This document shows, one piece after another, positions 28,347 to 37,836 of a stretch of 64,000 bases of DNA. A program made the position numbers and the translations under genes. Position 1 is the stretch's first letter. Every line of letters begins with the position of its first letter. The stretch covers positions 803,521-867,520 of the forward strand of contig CAWGXL010000011.1 of assembly GCA_963826535.1 (NCBI GenBank). The letters run 5' to 3'. The stretch is from an uncultured bacterium (GTDB lineage Bacteria > Patescibacteriota > Microgenomatia > Levybacterales > UBA12049). The notes under the pieces were generated by a model. It did not search any database. It was not told where the DNA came from and saw nothing but the letters and a program-made list of their open reading frames with translations.

Positions 28347-28717
28347 GGAGTTTGTCTAGATATAAGTCTTCTAAAAATTTGCCTTACCCTTCTTTCTCTT
28401 TTTGGAGTTTCTGCTTGAGGAGTTATTGCTGGAGGCTTGTCTAATTCTATGACTGTTGGTTTTCTTAACCCAGGCCATGCTCTTTCAATTTCGCTTCTAA
28501 CTAAGTTGAAATAGAAGTTTTTAGTTCTTTCGGAATATAGTCCTTCAAGTCCTCGCACAGCCTCATTTATTTGCTCTTCAGACAAGCCATGACCCTTTTC
28601 TCCATATATTTTTATCACGTCTTCCTTTTCGCGTGGTGATAGATGATTTAGTGCTGTAGGGGTATCTCTTTGTTCTGCTGACATAAGTTTTGGTATGATG
28701 CAAATATTATAATTCAA
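28343..28717 (-). CDS. hypothetical protein (start may be the ATG at 28684)
   Basis: ORF convergent with ychF. Confidence 0.55.
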   Translation of the reverse strand: MNYNICIIPKLMSAEQRDTPTALNHLSPREKEDVIKIYGEKGHGLSEEQINEAVRGLEGLYSERTKNFYFNLVRSEIERAWPGLRKPTVIELDKPPAITPQAETPKRERRVRQIFRRLISRQTP

Positions 28718-28798
28718 ATATTTATAGTGTCAAGCTGGTGTGTCTTATAGTACAATTCCTCTTGAGAGCAAACGCGAGTCTATGTTACAATAGCAGAC

Positions 28799-29077
28799 AT
28801 GAGAAGTTATGATTTGGTAGTTGTTTTGCGGCCGTCATTGGATGATAAACTGAGAAAGAAATTGATTGATGGGTTTAAGACAATACTTAAGGACATGAAG
28901 TTTACCAAAGAGGAAGAGTGGGGACAGAAGCCTCTGGCATATGTTATAAAAAAAGAAGTTGCAGGTTATTATTACCTTTATAAATTTGAGACTGAGAACA
29001 CAATCCCGGCGGGGTTTGAGCAAAAGCTCATGGCGCAGGATAATATATTGAGACACTTATTATTGAGGACAAAATAG
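28799..29077 (+). CDS. rpsF: 30S ribosomal protein S6
   Basis: MRSYDL...WGQKPLAY...ILRHL; rpsF-ssb-rpsR synteny. Confidence 0.95.
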   Translation: MRSYDLVVVLRPSLDDKLRKKLIDGFKTILKDMKFTKEEEWGQKPLAYVIKKEVAGYYYLYKFETENTIPAGFEQKLMAQDNILRHLLLRTK

Positions 29078-29176
29078 TTAAAAGTTCAAAGTGCAAAGTT
29101 AAAAGTTAAGGAATATTTTATAAACAGTCTTTCATTAATAATAATTTTGAATTTTTCACTTTTAATTTTGAATTTG
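29077..29176. repeat. 7-mer-periodic imperfect palindrome (rpsF-ssb spacer)
   Basis: GTTAAAA GTTCAAA GTGCAAA GTTAAAA ... TTTTGAA TTTTTCA CTTTTAA TTTTGAA. Confidence 0.8.
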
Positions 29177-29196
29177 AGCGACTGAAAGGAGCGATT

Positions 29197-29748
29197 ATGG
29201 CTAAGAGTTTGAATAGGGCACAGTTGATCGGGAATTTGACACGGGATCCGGAGTTGAGATATACGCCTAACGGAAAGGCGGTTTGTAGTTTTGCGATTGC
29301 AACCAATAGATCTTGGACAACAGAGACGGGTGAGAAAAGGGATGAAGTGGATTTTCATAATATTGTTGCTTGGGGTAAGTTGGCCGAGATTTGTAGTCAA
29401 TATCTTGTCAAAGGACGAAAAGCATATGTTGAGGGTAGATTGACCACGCGGTCATGGGCAGGACAGGACGGTCAACAGAAAACGCGCACGGAAATTGTTA
29501 TTAATGATATGCTTATTTTAGATAATAAGGGAGGGGCTGTCACAGGTCAGGGCACCGAAAGCCCCCCACAACGCCCACGCTCCGAGGGGCAAGCCGGTGA
29601 GGCGAGGCCCGCTTCCGCTAAAAGCATTGGCGATGCGAAGAAGAAAACTGTGAGTAAGCAGAAGGCTGAATCCGAAGAACAAGGCGAGGAGCAAGCTCCG
29701 GCTGAGAAATCGGAGGAAGAAGTGTCACCAGAGGATATACCTTTTTAA
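29197..29748 (+). CDS. ssb: single-stranded DNA-binding protein
   Basis: LIGNLTRDPELRYT, YVEGRL, C-terminal EDIPF. Confidence 0.97.
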   Translation: MAKSLNRAQLIGNLTRDPELRYTPNGKAVCSFAIATNRSWTTETGEKRDEVDFHNIVAWGKLAEICSQYLVKGRKAYVEGRLTTRSWAGQDGQQKTRTEIVINDMLILDNKGGAVTGQGTESPPQRPRSEGQAGEARPASAKSIGDAKKKTVSKQKAESEEQGEEQAPAEKSEEEVSPEDIPF

Positions 29749-29757
29749 ACAAATTTT

Positions 29758-29890
29758 AAGCACGAATATCGAAGCACGAAATTCGAAACAATGACAAAAA
29801 TATAAATGACCAAATTCTCGAAACGTTTTTGTTATTTGTATTTTGAACATTTGAATTTGTTTCGGATTTCGATATTCGAATTTCGAATTT
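29758..29890. repeat. 7-mer-periodic imperfect palindrome (ssb-rpsR spacer)
   Basis: AAGCACG AATATCG AAGCACG AAATTCG ... centre AAACGTTT ... ATTTCGA TATTCGA ATTTCGA. Confidence 0.85.
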
Positions 29891-29898
29891 TTTAGAAT

Positions 29899-30147
29899 AT
29901 GGCAGAGAGAACTAGGCAGACAAAAAGAAGAAGAGTTGTATCAGTACCACAGGAATGTTATTTCTGTAAAGAAAAAATAGTTCCTCTATATTCCGATATT
30001 TCTGTTTTGCAACGGTATACCACTGATCGTGGAAAAATTATGGGGCGGTCACGGAGTGGTACTTGCGCAAAACACCAGAGAAGGCTCACTTCGAACATTA
30101 AATATGCGCGTCATCTGGCTCTTCTACCATTCGTTGGAGGAGAATAA
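29899..30147 (+). CDS. rpsR: 30S ribosomal protein S18
   Basis: CYFC, RGKI, GTCAKHQR, ARHLALLPF. Confidence 0.96.
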   Translation: MAERTRQTKRRRVVSVPQECYFCKEKIVPLYSDISVLQRYTTDRGKIMGRSRSGTCAKHQRRLTSNIKYARHLALLPFVGGE

Positions 30148-30149
30148 AT

Positions 30150-30330
30150 AAATTCAAAATTCAAAATTACAAATTCCAAATAATATCAAAATTCTAATTT
30201 CCAAAATTCAAAACGTTTTGGATTTATGAATTTAAATATTTGTCCCGCAAGGGGATCAAGAAATTTATTGGAATTTGGTGCTTTGGATTTGAGATTTATA
30301 AGTTGGTTTATTTTTGAATTGTAAATTGAA
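30150..30330. repeat. 7-mer-periodic imperfect palindrome downstream of rpsR
   Basis: AATTCAA AATTCAA AATTACA AATTCCA ... CAAAACGTTTTG ... TTTGGTG CTTTGGA TTTGAGA; closely similar to 51923-52056. Confidence 0.85.
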
Positions 30331-30332
30331 TC

Positions 30333-31123
30333 ATGACTTCCCTGCCTGTTATTCTTTCTTCCGGTGTTGAATCTATTGTCAAAGCAGGTGATATTGTCAA
30401 TGCAGGGCAGATAATCGCTAAGAAAGCAACTCGGACAGATTATATTGTTAATCTTGCTCACGAATTTTCCTCCTCTATAGAAAAAGTACGGAAAACCTTA
30501 CGAAAAAACCCGGGGGATAACGTAAAAGAGGGAGATGTACTGGCTGTCAAAAAGAATTTTTTTAACTTGAGTGAGGAAAAGCTGTTAAGTCGCGTTTCAG
30601 GAACCATTTTAAGATATGAGCGCGATACCGGTAATTTAATCATTTCCCGAATTCCTCAGGGAAATTTTCCGGATATAGTTTCACCTGTTGATGGAACTGT
30701 TAGTATATGCGATAATGATAAAATTGTCATAAGCACTGACAAAGATGTTTATTCAGGGAGAAAGGGTAGCGGAGGTAGTGTGACCGGCGAAGTTTTTATT
30801 CTGGATGGCGCTTTCTCGAAAGACGGGGATTCGGGGGGAGCGCGATATCTTTGTACTATGATTTGGATAGCCGCGCGGTTGAAAAAATAGTTATTGGAAG
30901 AAATTTTCGCCGCGATCTACTAATTAAGTGCATTGGGATGGGAGCGATTGGAATAGTTGGTACCGAGATCAGAGATGAAGATATTGAATATCTAATTCAA
31001 CGTAACATGCGGGTACCCATCATAGAGGTAGACAATAATACAATAGAACAGACAATACAATGGAAAGGCAAGAGATTTTACCTGAACAGCCAAGAAAAAG
31101 TAATAATATTCCTTCACGCTTAA
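30333..31123 (+). pseudogene. hypothetical protein split by a frameshift at a G6 run (30833-30838)
   Basis: Overlapping ORFs 30333-30890 and 30851-31123; one extra G gives continuous ...DSGGSAISLYYDL... Confidence 0.7.
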
Positions 31124-32376
31124 GAGTGTTTCTTTTGGTTGTTATAGCAGGATTAATCGGGTATTATCTTGGTGTAACAAAGATAGCGATAGACCTCCGA
31201 AATTATCAGCCACATATTGAAGTCACCAGTAAAGCACCACCACCTTCTGCGAGTAATGTTGATTTTGGCCGCGTTTGGGCAGTTATGCAGAAATTGGAGT
31301 CTACCTACTATGATAAAAAAGCAATAGATGGGGAGAGGTTTCTTAATGGTGCGGTAGAGGGGGTAGTAAATAGTTTGGATGATCCATATACTGTGTATTT
31401 GCCGCCTGCGAAAAATAATGATTTCAAACAAGGGTTAGCAGGAAAGTTTGAGGGGATTGGCGCAGAACTTGGCATGAAAGGAAAACAGATTATTGTAGTC
31501 GCTCCGCTTGACGGCAGTCCTGCCCAAAAAGCAGGTTTGCAGCCCGGGGATGCGATTCTTAAAGTAAACGCGGAATTTACAAATGGTTGGACACTAAGCC
31601 AGGCGGTAGATAAGATCAGAGGTGAGAAGGGGACAGAGGTGACTTTAACTATTTTGCATCAGTCAGATGCAAAACCGAAAGAGATTAAATTGACCCGGGA
31701 TACTATAACTATCAAAAGTGTTACCACTTGGGTTAAAAGCGTAAAGGATATTGATGGAATAAAACCACAGGCAGCTGGGCTTAAGAATTTTCAGGATACA
31801 AAAGTTGTATATATTCGATTGTCACAATTTGGGGATAGCACAAATAAGGAATGGCAAAATGTAGCGACACAAGTTGACCGCACTCTTAAGGCAGATAAAG
31901 ATATTAGAGGTGTTATTTTGGACTTGAGGAATAATCCGGGAGGATATCTTACAGATTCTGTTTATATAGCATCTGAATTTATCCGGGACGGGACAGTTGT
32001 CAGTCAAGAAGACCGGAACGGAGATAGAACTTCGTATAAAGTAACAGGCCGCGGATTATTATTAGATGTACCGTTGATAGTTCTTGTTAATAAAGGATCG
32101 GCATCAGCAAGTGAGATTGTAGCAGGTGCTATGCAGGATCATACACGTGCAAAGTTGATCGGAGAGATTACTTTTGGAAAAGGAACTATCCAGCAAGCAG
32201 AGGATCTGGGTGGAGGGGCCGGTCTTCATATCACAATCGCGAAATGGCTCACGCCGGACGGAAACTGGGTACACTTGAAAGGCCTCACGCCGGATATCTT
32301 GGTCGATCCGGATAGTAAAGATCCATCTCATGATATACAGCTTGAGAAAGCAGTTGAGGAATTGGTGAAAGAATAG
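31060..32376 (+). CDS. ctpA: S41 family C-terminal processing protease
   Basis: DPYTVY, FEGIGA, PDZ, LDLRNNPGG, SASASEI, TFGKG. Confidence 0.93.
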   Translation: MERQEILPEQPRKSNNIPSRLRVFLLVVIAGLIGYYLGVTKIAIDLRNYQPHIEVTSKAPPPSASNVDFGRVWAVMQKLESTYYDKKAIDGERFLNGAVEGVVNSLDDPYTVYLPPAKNNDFKQGLAGKFEGIGAELGMKGKQIIVVAPLDGSPAQKAGLQPGDAILKVNAEFTNGWTLSQAVDKIRGEKGTEVTLTILHQSDAKPKEIKLTRDTITIKSVTTWVKSVKDIDGIKPQAAGLKNFQDTKVVYIRLSQFGDSTNKEWQNVATQVDRTLKADKDIRGVILDLRNNPGGYLTDSVYIASEFIRDGTVVSQEDRNGDRTSYKVTGRGLLLDVPLIVLVNKGSASASEIVAGAMQDHTRAKLIGEITFGKGTIQQAEDLGGGAGLHITIAKWLTPDGNWVHLKGLTPDILVDPDSKDPSHDIQLEKAVEELVKE

Positions 32377-32480
32377 TTTAAAGTTCAAAATGCAAAGTTC
32401 AAAATTAAAGTTAATAATTTAAAGTTATCCATCAATTTTGAATTTTAAATTGCAACATTTCATTTTAACTTTGAAGTTTA
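32376..32480. repeat. 7-mer-periodic imperfect palindrome (ctpA-htrA spacer)
   Basis: GTTTAAA GTTCAAA ATGCAAA GTTCAAA ... TTTTGAA TTTTAAA ... TTTTAAC TTTGAAG. Confidence 0.75.
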
Positions 32481-32513
32481 GATCCCCATTGGGGACACTA
32501 TTAATTTGTTTCT

Positions 32514-33671
32514 ATGCGAAGACTTATTATTTTAATTGTTATTCTTGTACTTATTTTAGGTGCAACGAGTGTGGTACAGAGGTATGTTCCTGCTTTGAAT
32601 AATTTAATCCGGGATAATTCAAAGATTGTTATACCTCAGAGAGAGGCTGTAAAAATAGTTTCCGAGGAATCGATAACCATTGGCATTGTCAAGAAAGCGG
32701 GTGAGTCGGTTGTGACTATTTCAGAAGAGCGCGAACCCAGTTCAAATTTAAATCCTTATTTTGATTTCGGTCCTTTTGGTTTTCAGATTCCCGGTCAAGA
32801 AGAACTGCAACCGCAACAACCACAGAGCATTGGTTCAGGATTTGTTATTTCAAAGGAAGGGATGATTGTGACAAATAAGCATGTTGTAAGTGACTTACAA
32901 GTGAAGTATTTTATTATCACAAGTAGTGATAAAAAATATACAGTGCAGAAAATTTACCGTGATCCATTAAATGATGTCGCGCTTATACAAATTGACCTTA
33001 ATGAAAACCCGGGAGCAATTCTTAAGCCCATTGATTTGGGCGACTCTACTGATTTACAGGTTGGTCAATATGTTGCGGCAATTGGTACAGCGCTTGGTGA
33101 ATTCCGTAATACAGTTACAACCGGGATAATTTCAGGTTTGGGGCGGGGGATTACAGCAGGTAGTTTTTATGAAGGATCTGTTGAGCGGCTTGATAATGTT
33201 ATACAAACCGATGCGGCAATCAATCCAGGTAATAGCGGAGGACCACTTTTGAATTCTACAGGTCAGGTGATTGGAGTGAATACAGCGGTTTCGGCTAGCG
33301 GACAGAATATTGGTTTCGCGATTCCTATAAATGTTATTAAGGATTCGCTGAATAATTTCAATCAGACAGGACAATTTAACAGGCCGTATTTAGGTATTGC
33401 ATATAGATTTATTTCCAAAGATATTGCAATATTAAATGATCTGCCTGAGGGAGCGTATGTCCAGAATGTCGTGCAGAGTTCGGCAGCGGATAAAGCCGGT
33501 GTGGAAACAGGAGATATAATTACTAAGATTGATGGGCAACAGATTGATGTGAGTAATCAGCTGTCATCTATTATTGCGAAGAAAAAAGTAGGAGACAGGA
33601 TAGCAATTTCTCTTTTCCGCGATGGAGAAATACAAGATATTCAAGTAGTGCTTGAATCGGTCACGGAATAA
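32514..33671 (+). CDS. htrA: HtrA/DegP-like serine protease with PDZ
   Basis: GSGFVI, TNKHVV, IQTDAAINPGNSGGPL, PDZ. Confidence 0.94.
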   Translation: MRRLIILIVILVLILGATSVVQRYVPALNNLIRDNSKIVIPQREAVKIVSEESITIGIVKKAGESVVTISEEREPSSNLNPYFDFGPFGFQIPGQEELQPQQPQSIGSGFVISKEGMIVTNKHVVSDLQVKYFIITSSDKKYTVQKIYRDPLNDVALIQIDLNENPGAILKPIDLGDSTDLQVGQYVAAIGTALGEFRNTVTTGIISGLGRGITAGSFYEGSVERLDNVIQTDAAINPGNSGGPLLNSTGQVIGVNTAVSASGQNIGFAIPINVIKDSLNNFNQTGQFNRPYLGIAYRFISKDIAILNDLPEGAYVQNVVQSSAADKAGVETGDIITKIDGQQIDVSNQLSSIIAKKKVGDRIAISLFRDGEIQDIQVVLESVTE

Positions 33672-33734
33672 CAATTATTGATGGGTCTTGCAATTTTAGA
33701 TACTTAATATATAATAATATATAAGAAAGATATA

Positions 33735-33760
33735 TAGATTCCCGCCTTCGCGGGAATGAC
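33735..33760. repeat. solo ATTCCC-N8-GGGAAT (dRS3-like) palindrome
   Basis: GATTCCC-GCCTTCGC-GGGAATGAC. Confidence 0.85.
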
Positions 33761-33771
33761 AGGGAAGGAAT

Positions 33772-34512
33772 ATGCCGAGAAAAACTGTAAACAATAATAC
33801 TACTAAAGAATCTAAAGCCGTATCTTCGAGTAAAGCTAAGAACTCAACCAATACTTTTGCAAGATCATCTCAGAAGCAACCGGTAAATAGTCAAGACAGT
33901 GAAAAAGCAACCGGTGGCAGGCGAGCAATAAGGGTTCATAGATCGTCTATTATTGTCGCCCTGGTTATTATTCTTTTGGGCGTGCTTTTGTATTTCGGGC
34001 GCGGATTTATAATCGCCGCGGTTGTGAACGGGCAGCCAATCAGCAGGTTCTCATTAATACAAGAGACAGAGAAAGCAAGCGGAAGACAAGCATTAGCTTC
34101 ATTGATCAGGAATGCATTGGTTGAACAGGAGGCTAGAAAACAAAATGTGACGATTAGTGAAAAGCAAATTAACGATCAAATTAAAACTATAGAAAATAAT
34201 TTATCAAAGCAGGGCCAGAAGATTGATCAGATGTTGGCTTTGGAGGGAATGACCAGGGATGATTTGCGCCGAATAATCCGTCTTGATTTATTAGTTACCA
34301 AACTGATTGAAAAAGATATTAAAATAACCGACAAGCAAGTTAATGATTATATTGAGAAAAATAAAGAAACATTACCCAAAGATAAAAGTGAAGCTCAATT
34401 GAAAAAAGAAGTTGCTGAGCAATTGAAAAAGGAGCAGCTTCCTCAGAAGGCGCAAGCATGGTTCGCGGAGCTTGAAAAAAAGGCAAATATTATGAAGTTT
34501 GTTGATTATTGA
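33772..34512 (+). CDS. SurA N-terminal domain / PrsA-like foldase
   Basis: TM then AAVVNGQPI, LVEQEARK, KITDKQVNDY. Confidence 0.8.
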   Translation: MPRKTVNNNTTKESKAVSSSKAKNSTNTFARSSQKQPVNSQDSEKATGGRRAIRVHRSSIIVALVIILLGVLLYFGRGFIIAAVVNGQPISRFSLIQETEKASGRQALASLIRNALVEQEARKQNVTISEKQINDQIKTIENNLSKQGQKIDQMLALEGMTRDDLRRIIRLDLLVTKLIEKDIKITDKQVNDYIEKNKETLPKDKSEAQLKKEVAEQLKKEQLPQKAQAWFAELEKKANIMKFVDY

Positions 34513-34587
34513 TTGAAGATTGAGTTATTTGTAATTTTTCCTCTAAGAATGTATACCCGAATAAAATCCAGTTGCCCTCACTCTTTT

Positions 34588-34971
34588 GTAATTCCCGCGA
34601 ACGCGGGAATCCAGTAGAATATAAATAATTTTACCCTATGTATTATATCTATATACTTGCATCAGCGAGAAATGGTACTTTATATATTGGCGTTACGAAT
34701 GACATAGTCCGTAGGGTTTGGGAACATAAAAATAATCTTGTTGAAGGTTTTACCAAAAAATATAGGATTCATACCCTTGTCTATTATGAATCTGTTGAAA
34801 ATAGTATAAGCGCTATTACACGGGAGAAACAACTTAAGAAATGGAATCGGTACTGGAAAATTAAATTAATCGAAGAAAACAATCCTGAATGGAAAGATCT
34901 TTATGATGAAATTATCAAATAAGAGGTTTGAATTATTATACCTTCTGGATTCCCCTGTCCAGGGGAATGAC
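34588..34971 (+). mobile_element. putative mobile unit: GIY-YIG gene between inverted dRS3-like palindromes
   Basis: GTAATTCCC-GCGAACGC-GGGAATCCA (34588-34613) and TGGATTCCC-CTGTCCAG-GGGAATGAC (34946-34971). Confidence 0.6.
34638..34922 (+). CDS. stand-alone GIY-YIG nuclease (UPF0213-like)
   Basis: YYIYIL...TLYIGVTNDIVRRVWEHK...AITREKQLKKWNR...NPEWKDL. Confidence 0.93.
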   Translation: MYYIYILASARNGTLYIGVTNDIVRRVWEHKNNLVEGFTKKYRIHTLVYYESVENSISAITREKQLKKWNRYWKIKLIEENNPEWKDLYDEIIK

Positions 34972-35015
34972 AATCTATTTGCTGCAAGCAGTGAGGAATT
35001 AAACTTTAAAATAGA

Positions 35016-35228
35016 TTAAACATGATGATGCCTATCGGTGTCCCAGGGATCCCGAGGCTTGTCTCCGGGTTCAAAAGGCTTAAGTTTTACTTTCGTGACT
35101 GGTTTAATTGGTGTCATTTCTTGTTGAGTTTTATGAGCGGTAACTGAAGGTAGAATATCTTTCCCGCGAGCCGCCTGACCTCTATCGGTTATGTGTCTAT
35201 CCATACCTGTTCTTCTTCCCGTTTCCAT
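35016..35228 (-). CDS. small hypothetical protein
   Basis: 70-aa ORF. Confidence 0.45.
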   Translation of the reverse strand: METGRRTGMDRHITDRGQAARGKDILPSVTAHKTQQEMTPIKPVTKVKLKPFEPGDKPRDPWDTDRHHHV

Positions 35229-35416
35229 AATTGAAGAGAATATATCATAGATACAATCTGATTGTCAAACAATTTTTTATACTGTGATGCTATAGAGCAG
35301 GTTAGAATATATCAGACATCTTATTGCTTTTTATAAGCTCAAAGTGGTTTTTTAATTTGGTCTCTTGACAAAGCTCGGGTTGTTTTGTGTATTATATATA
35401 GAGAGGTGGTGATAGG

Positions 35417-35578
35417 ATGAAAAAAAAGAGAACGGTAAAATCAAATAGAGTTAAAAACGTTAAGAGTTATGCGCTGGGAGGAAGTAAAAAAAAGTTATAT
35501 GGAATAGATCATGATTTTATTTTAATTGTAGGAGGGGCATTTGTGCTGGTTATACTTGGTTTAATGTTTCTTTCTTGA
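35417..35578 (+). CDS. 53-aa basic small membrane protein (not in ORF track)
   Basis: MKKKRTVK...FILIVGGAFVLVILGLMFLS; GAGGTG SD and TTGACA upstream. Confidence 0.55.
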   Translation: MKKKRTVKSNRVKNVKSYALGGSKKKLYGIDHDFILIVGGAFVLVILGLMFLS

Positions 35579-37094
35579 GTTGAGGTTGAGTCAACCAATT
35601 CGCGGATAGGGTTTCTGTTGAGGTTATTTGATCTGAATTCAGAATCCTGACTTTTTTGTAATTTTGGGGTTGAGAGAGATATTGTTTGATAATTTTATAT
35701 ATATCCAGGTCAAAAGTGTAATCATTGCCCCATTGTTCGATTGCCCCATTGTTAAATAATTCAGCTAATGATTGATTTGATGGGTTATTAATATTTGTAT
35801 CTTCCTGTTCTATTTTTACATTACCTAAATAACACCATTTGTTAATTAAGATATATTCTTTTTTATGAACGTCGCTTTCTTCTATAATTATTTGTCCAGG
35901 AAAAGGCCAAGGTTTTATTTTTGAAGATGCGAATGCGGTTATAAATTTTAGATTGTGAACAATCGGCTTTTCGGTGCCAATACATGCGCCTTTGCATCTT
36001 CCCAGTCTGTTAGCAAAACAGCCATTTTTGGAACGAGAGAGACCGGTTGATTCCAGTCCTAGTAATTTTTCGCAAAGTGAATATTTTTTTACAATATCTG
36101 CAAGAAATGATTTTGCTTGTTTTCGGGATCTAAAAAAACCTAGAAAAGAGTCTAACATTGTAGGATCAATGATAGTGATTGCCTCAAGAAAACATTCCCG
36201 GTATCCATTTTTGTTTAATTTGCTTTTTAGCGCAATTAGTTCATGTTTGACGCGGGATTTTTTATTATATAGTGGCAGAAGTTTTTTTATCAGTTCTGAT
36301 TCCAGAAAAAGTGCTCCGAGTTCTCCTGCTGTGGGAATGGTTTCAATATGTTCAATTTGTTGAGAAATTTTCATCTCAGTCGAAGAGTGGATGTCGGATG
36401 CGAAGTGTGACAGCACGCGGTCTCTGATATTTTTGCTTTTGCCAATGTAAAGAGGGATGCCATTTTCTGAATAAAAAATATAGACTCCAGGCTGTTCAGG
36501 TAAAGTATCAATTTCAGCGTGGGGGATTTTCAAAGGTAGGGAAGGTTTTTTGAGTGCTTTTTTAACGGCATTCTCAACGTGCTCGAGCGGGAAATCCTGG
36601 AGAATTTTATTGTAAAAGCTGACGAGTACTTTCGCATCATCGAGTGCTCGGTGACGTTTAACGCAGGTAAAGCCATGTCGTTCAATAAGGCTATCTAAAT
36701 TGTGATGCAGAAACTGAGGATAAAGAAGGCGTGAGAGACGGACTGTGCAAAAGTGCTTGGAGGAGAAAGAGATGTCACGTCTAAGGAATTCATTTTTCAG
36801 AAAACTATAGTCGAAGCGGACATTGTGGGCAATGAATATGCAGTCATTAAGTATGTCGAGTATGTCGGTTTGGATTTGACGGAATGTCGGTGCTTTTTCC
36901 AGATCTTGCTGTGTGATGCCCGTTAGTTGAGTGATCTCAGGTGCAAAACGCGTCTGCGGGTCGATGAGTGAGTGGAATGATTTTGTGATTTTATTGTCTT
37001 CTACGCGAAGAATACCGATCTCAATAACCCGGTCATAGAGAGAGTGCATTCCGGTTGTTTCGATGTCGACGAAAGCGAGTTTGGATGGCAGCAT
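35550..37094 (-). CDS. DEDDh exonuclease (Pol III epsilon-like) fused to a UvrC/Cho-like GIY-YIG domain
   Basis: FVDIETTG, AHNVRFD, HRALDDA; PGVYIF...LYIGKS...RVLSHF; CEKLLG...C...C...C. Confidence 0.9.
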   Translation of the reverse strand: MLPSKLAFVDIETTGMHSLYDRVIEIGILRVEDNKITKSFHSLIDPQTRFAPEITQLTGITQQDLEKAPTFRQIQTDILDILNDCIFIAHNVRFDYSFLKNEFLRRDISFSSKHFCTVRLSRLLYPQFLHHNLDSLIERHGFTCVKRHRALDDAKVLVSFYNKILQDFPLEHVENAVKKALKKPSLPLKIPHAEIDTLPEQPGVYIFYSENGIPLYIGKSKNIRDRVLSHFASDIHSSTEMKISQQIEHIETIPTAGELGALFLESELIKKLLPLYNKKSRVKHELIALKSKLNKNGYRECFLEAITIIDPTMLDSFLGFFRSRKQAKSFLADIVKKYSLCEKLLGLESTGLSRSKNGCFANRLGRCKGACIGTEKPIVHNLKFITAFASSKIKPWPFPGQIIIEESDVHKKEYILINKWCYLGNVKIEQEDTNINNPSNQSLAELFNNGAIEQWGNDYTFDLDIYKIIKQYLSQPQNYKKVRILNSDQITSTETLSANWLTQPQLKKETLNQV

Positions 37095-37233
37095 AATTTA
37101 GCAAATGGCTAATAGTTTATCAGATGTTGATTTTAGACTATTTTGGCTTGATATTCAATGAGGCGAAATTTATAAAGTTTCTTTTGATGCTCTCTTTTGA
37201 TGTCTTGATCGGTATTTAGGATAATGTTAGAAT

Positions 37234-37584
37234 ATGATCATGAATAAGTTAATTCCGATTAGTAAATTTTATAAAAACGCGAAACAGATTACCCATCTTT
37301 CTCAAACGTCCGTAGTTATAGATGAAAAAGGTAATCCAATAGGCTTTGTTTTCGGAAGAGACGCATTTATATCCGCCTTGGAGCATTTTGATGAAGCTTT
37401 TGAAGAAATGGTAAAAGACCAAAAATTGGCATATAATAATCCGGCGGGAAAATTAATTGACATTATTGAGGAAAAACTTCCTTTAAACCCTAATTTTGTG
37501 AAGGGGCTTAAAAAAACTGTAAAAGAGACAAAAAAGCATGAGTGGATTCCTTTTGAGGAAGTCGTGCGTTCTTTACATGTATAA
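37234..37584 (+). CDS. putative antitoxin upstream of RelE
   Basis: C-terminal WIPFEEV typical of RelB-type tails; overlaps the toxin start. Confidence 0.6.
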   Translation: MIMNKLIPISKFYKNAKQITHLSQTSVVIDEKGNPIGFVFGRDAFISALEHFDEAFEEMVKDQKLAYNNPAGKLIDIIEEKLPLNPNFVKGLKKTVKETKKHEWIPFEEVVRSLHV

Positions 37585-37834
37585 TGTTGTATTTACACCT
37601 CACGCAAAAAAGGATTTGATAAAGCTCCCCAAAAATGTTCAAAATAGAATAATCAAAAAAATTAAATTTTTTACAAATAGCGAAAATCCGTTAGCATTTT
37701 CAAAACCATTGATAAATTTGCCTCCTCTTACCCACCGTTTCAGAGTCGGAGATTACAGAGTTGCCTTTTATATTACGGAAAATATCATAACAATTGACCG
37801 AATCGAGCATAGAAAAGATGTCTATTTGAATTAA
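37577..37834 (+). CDS. RelE/ParE family toxin
   Basis: YNVVFTPHAKKDL...RFRVGDYRV...IEHRKDVY. Confidence 0.9.
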   Translation: MYNVVFTPHAKKDLIKLPKNVQNRIIKKIKFFTNSENPLAFSKPLINLPPLTHRFRVGDYRVAFYITENIITIDRIEHRKDVYLN

Positions 37835-37836
37835 GC

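Noticed and set aside
29077-30330. Periodic repeats as a CRISPR array
   Set aside because: No constant repeat with unique spacers and no cas genes in the window.
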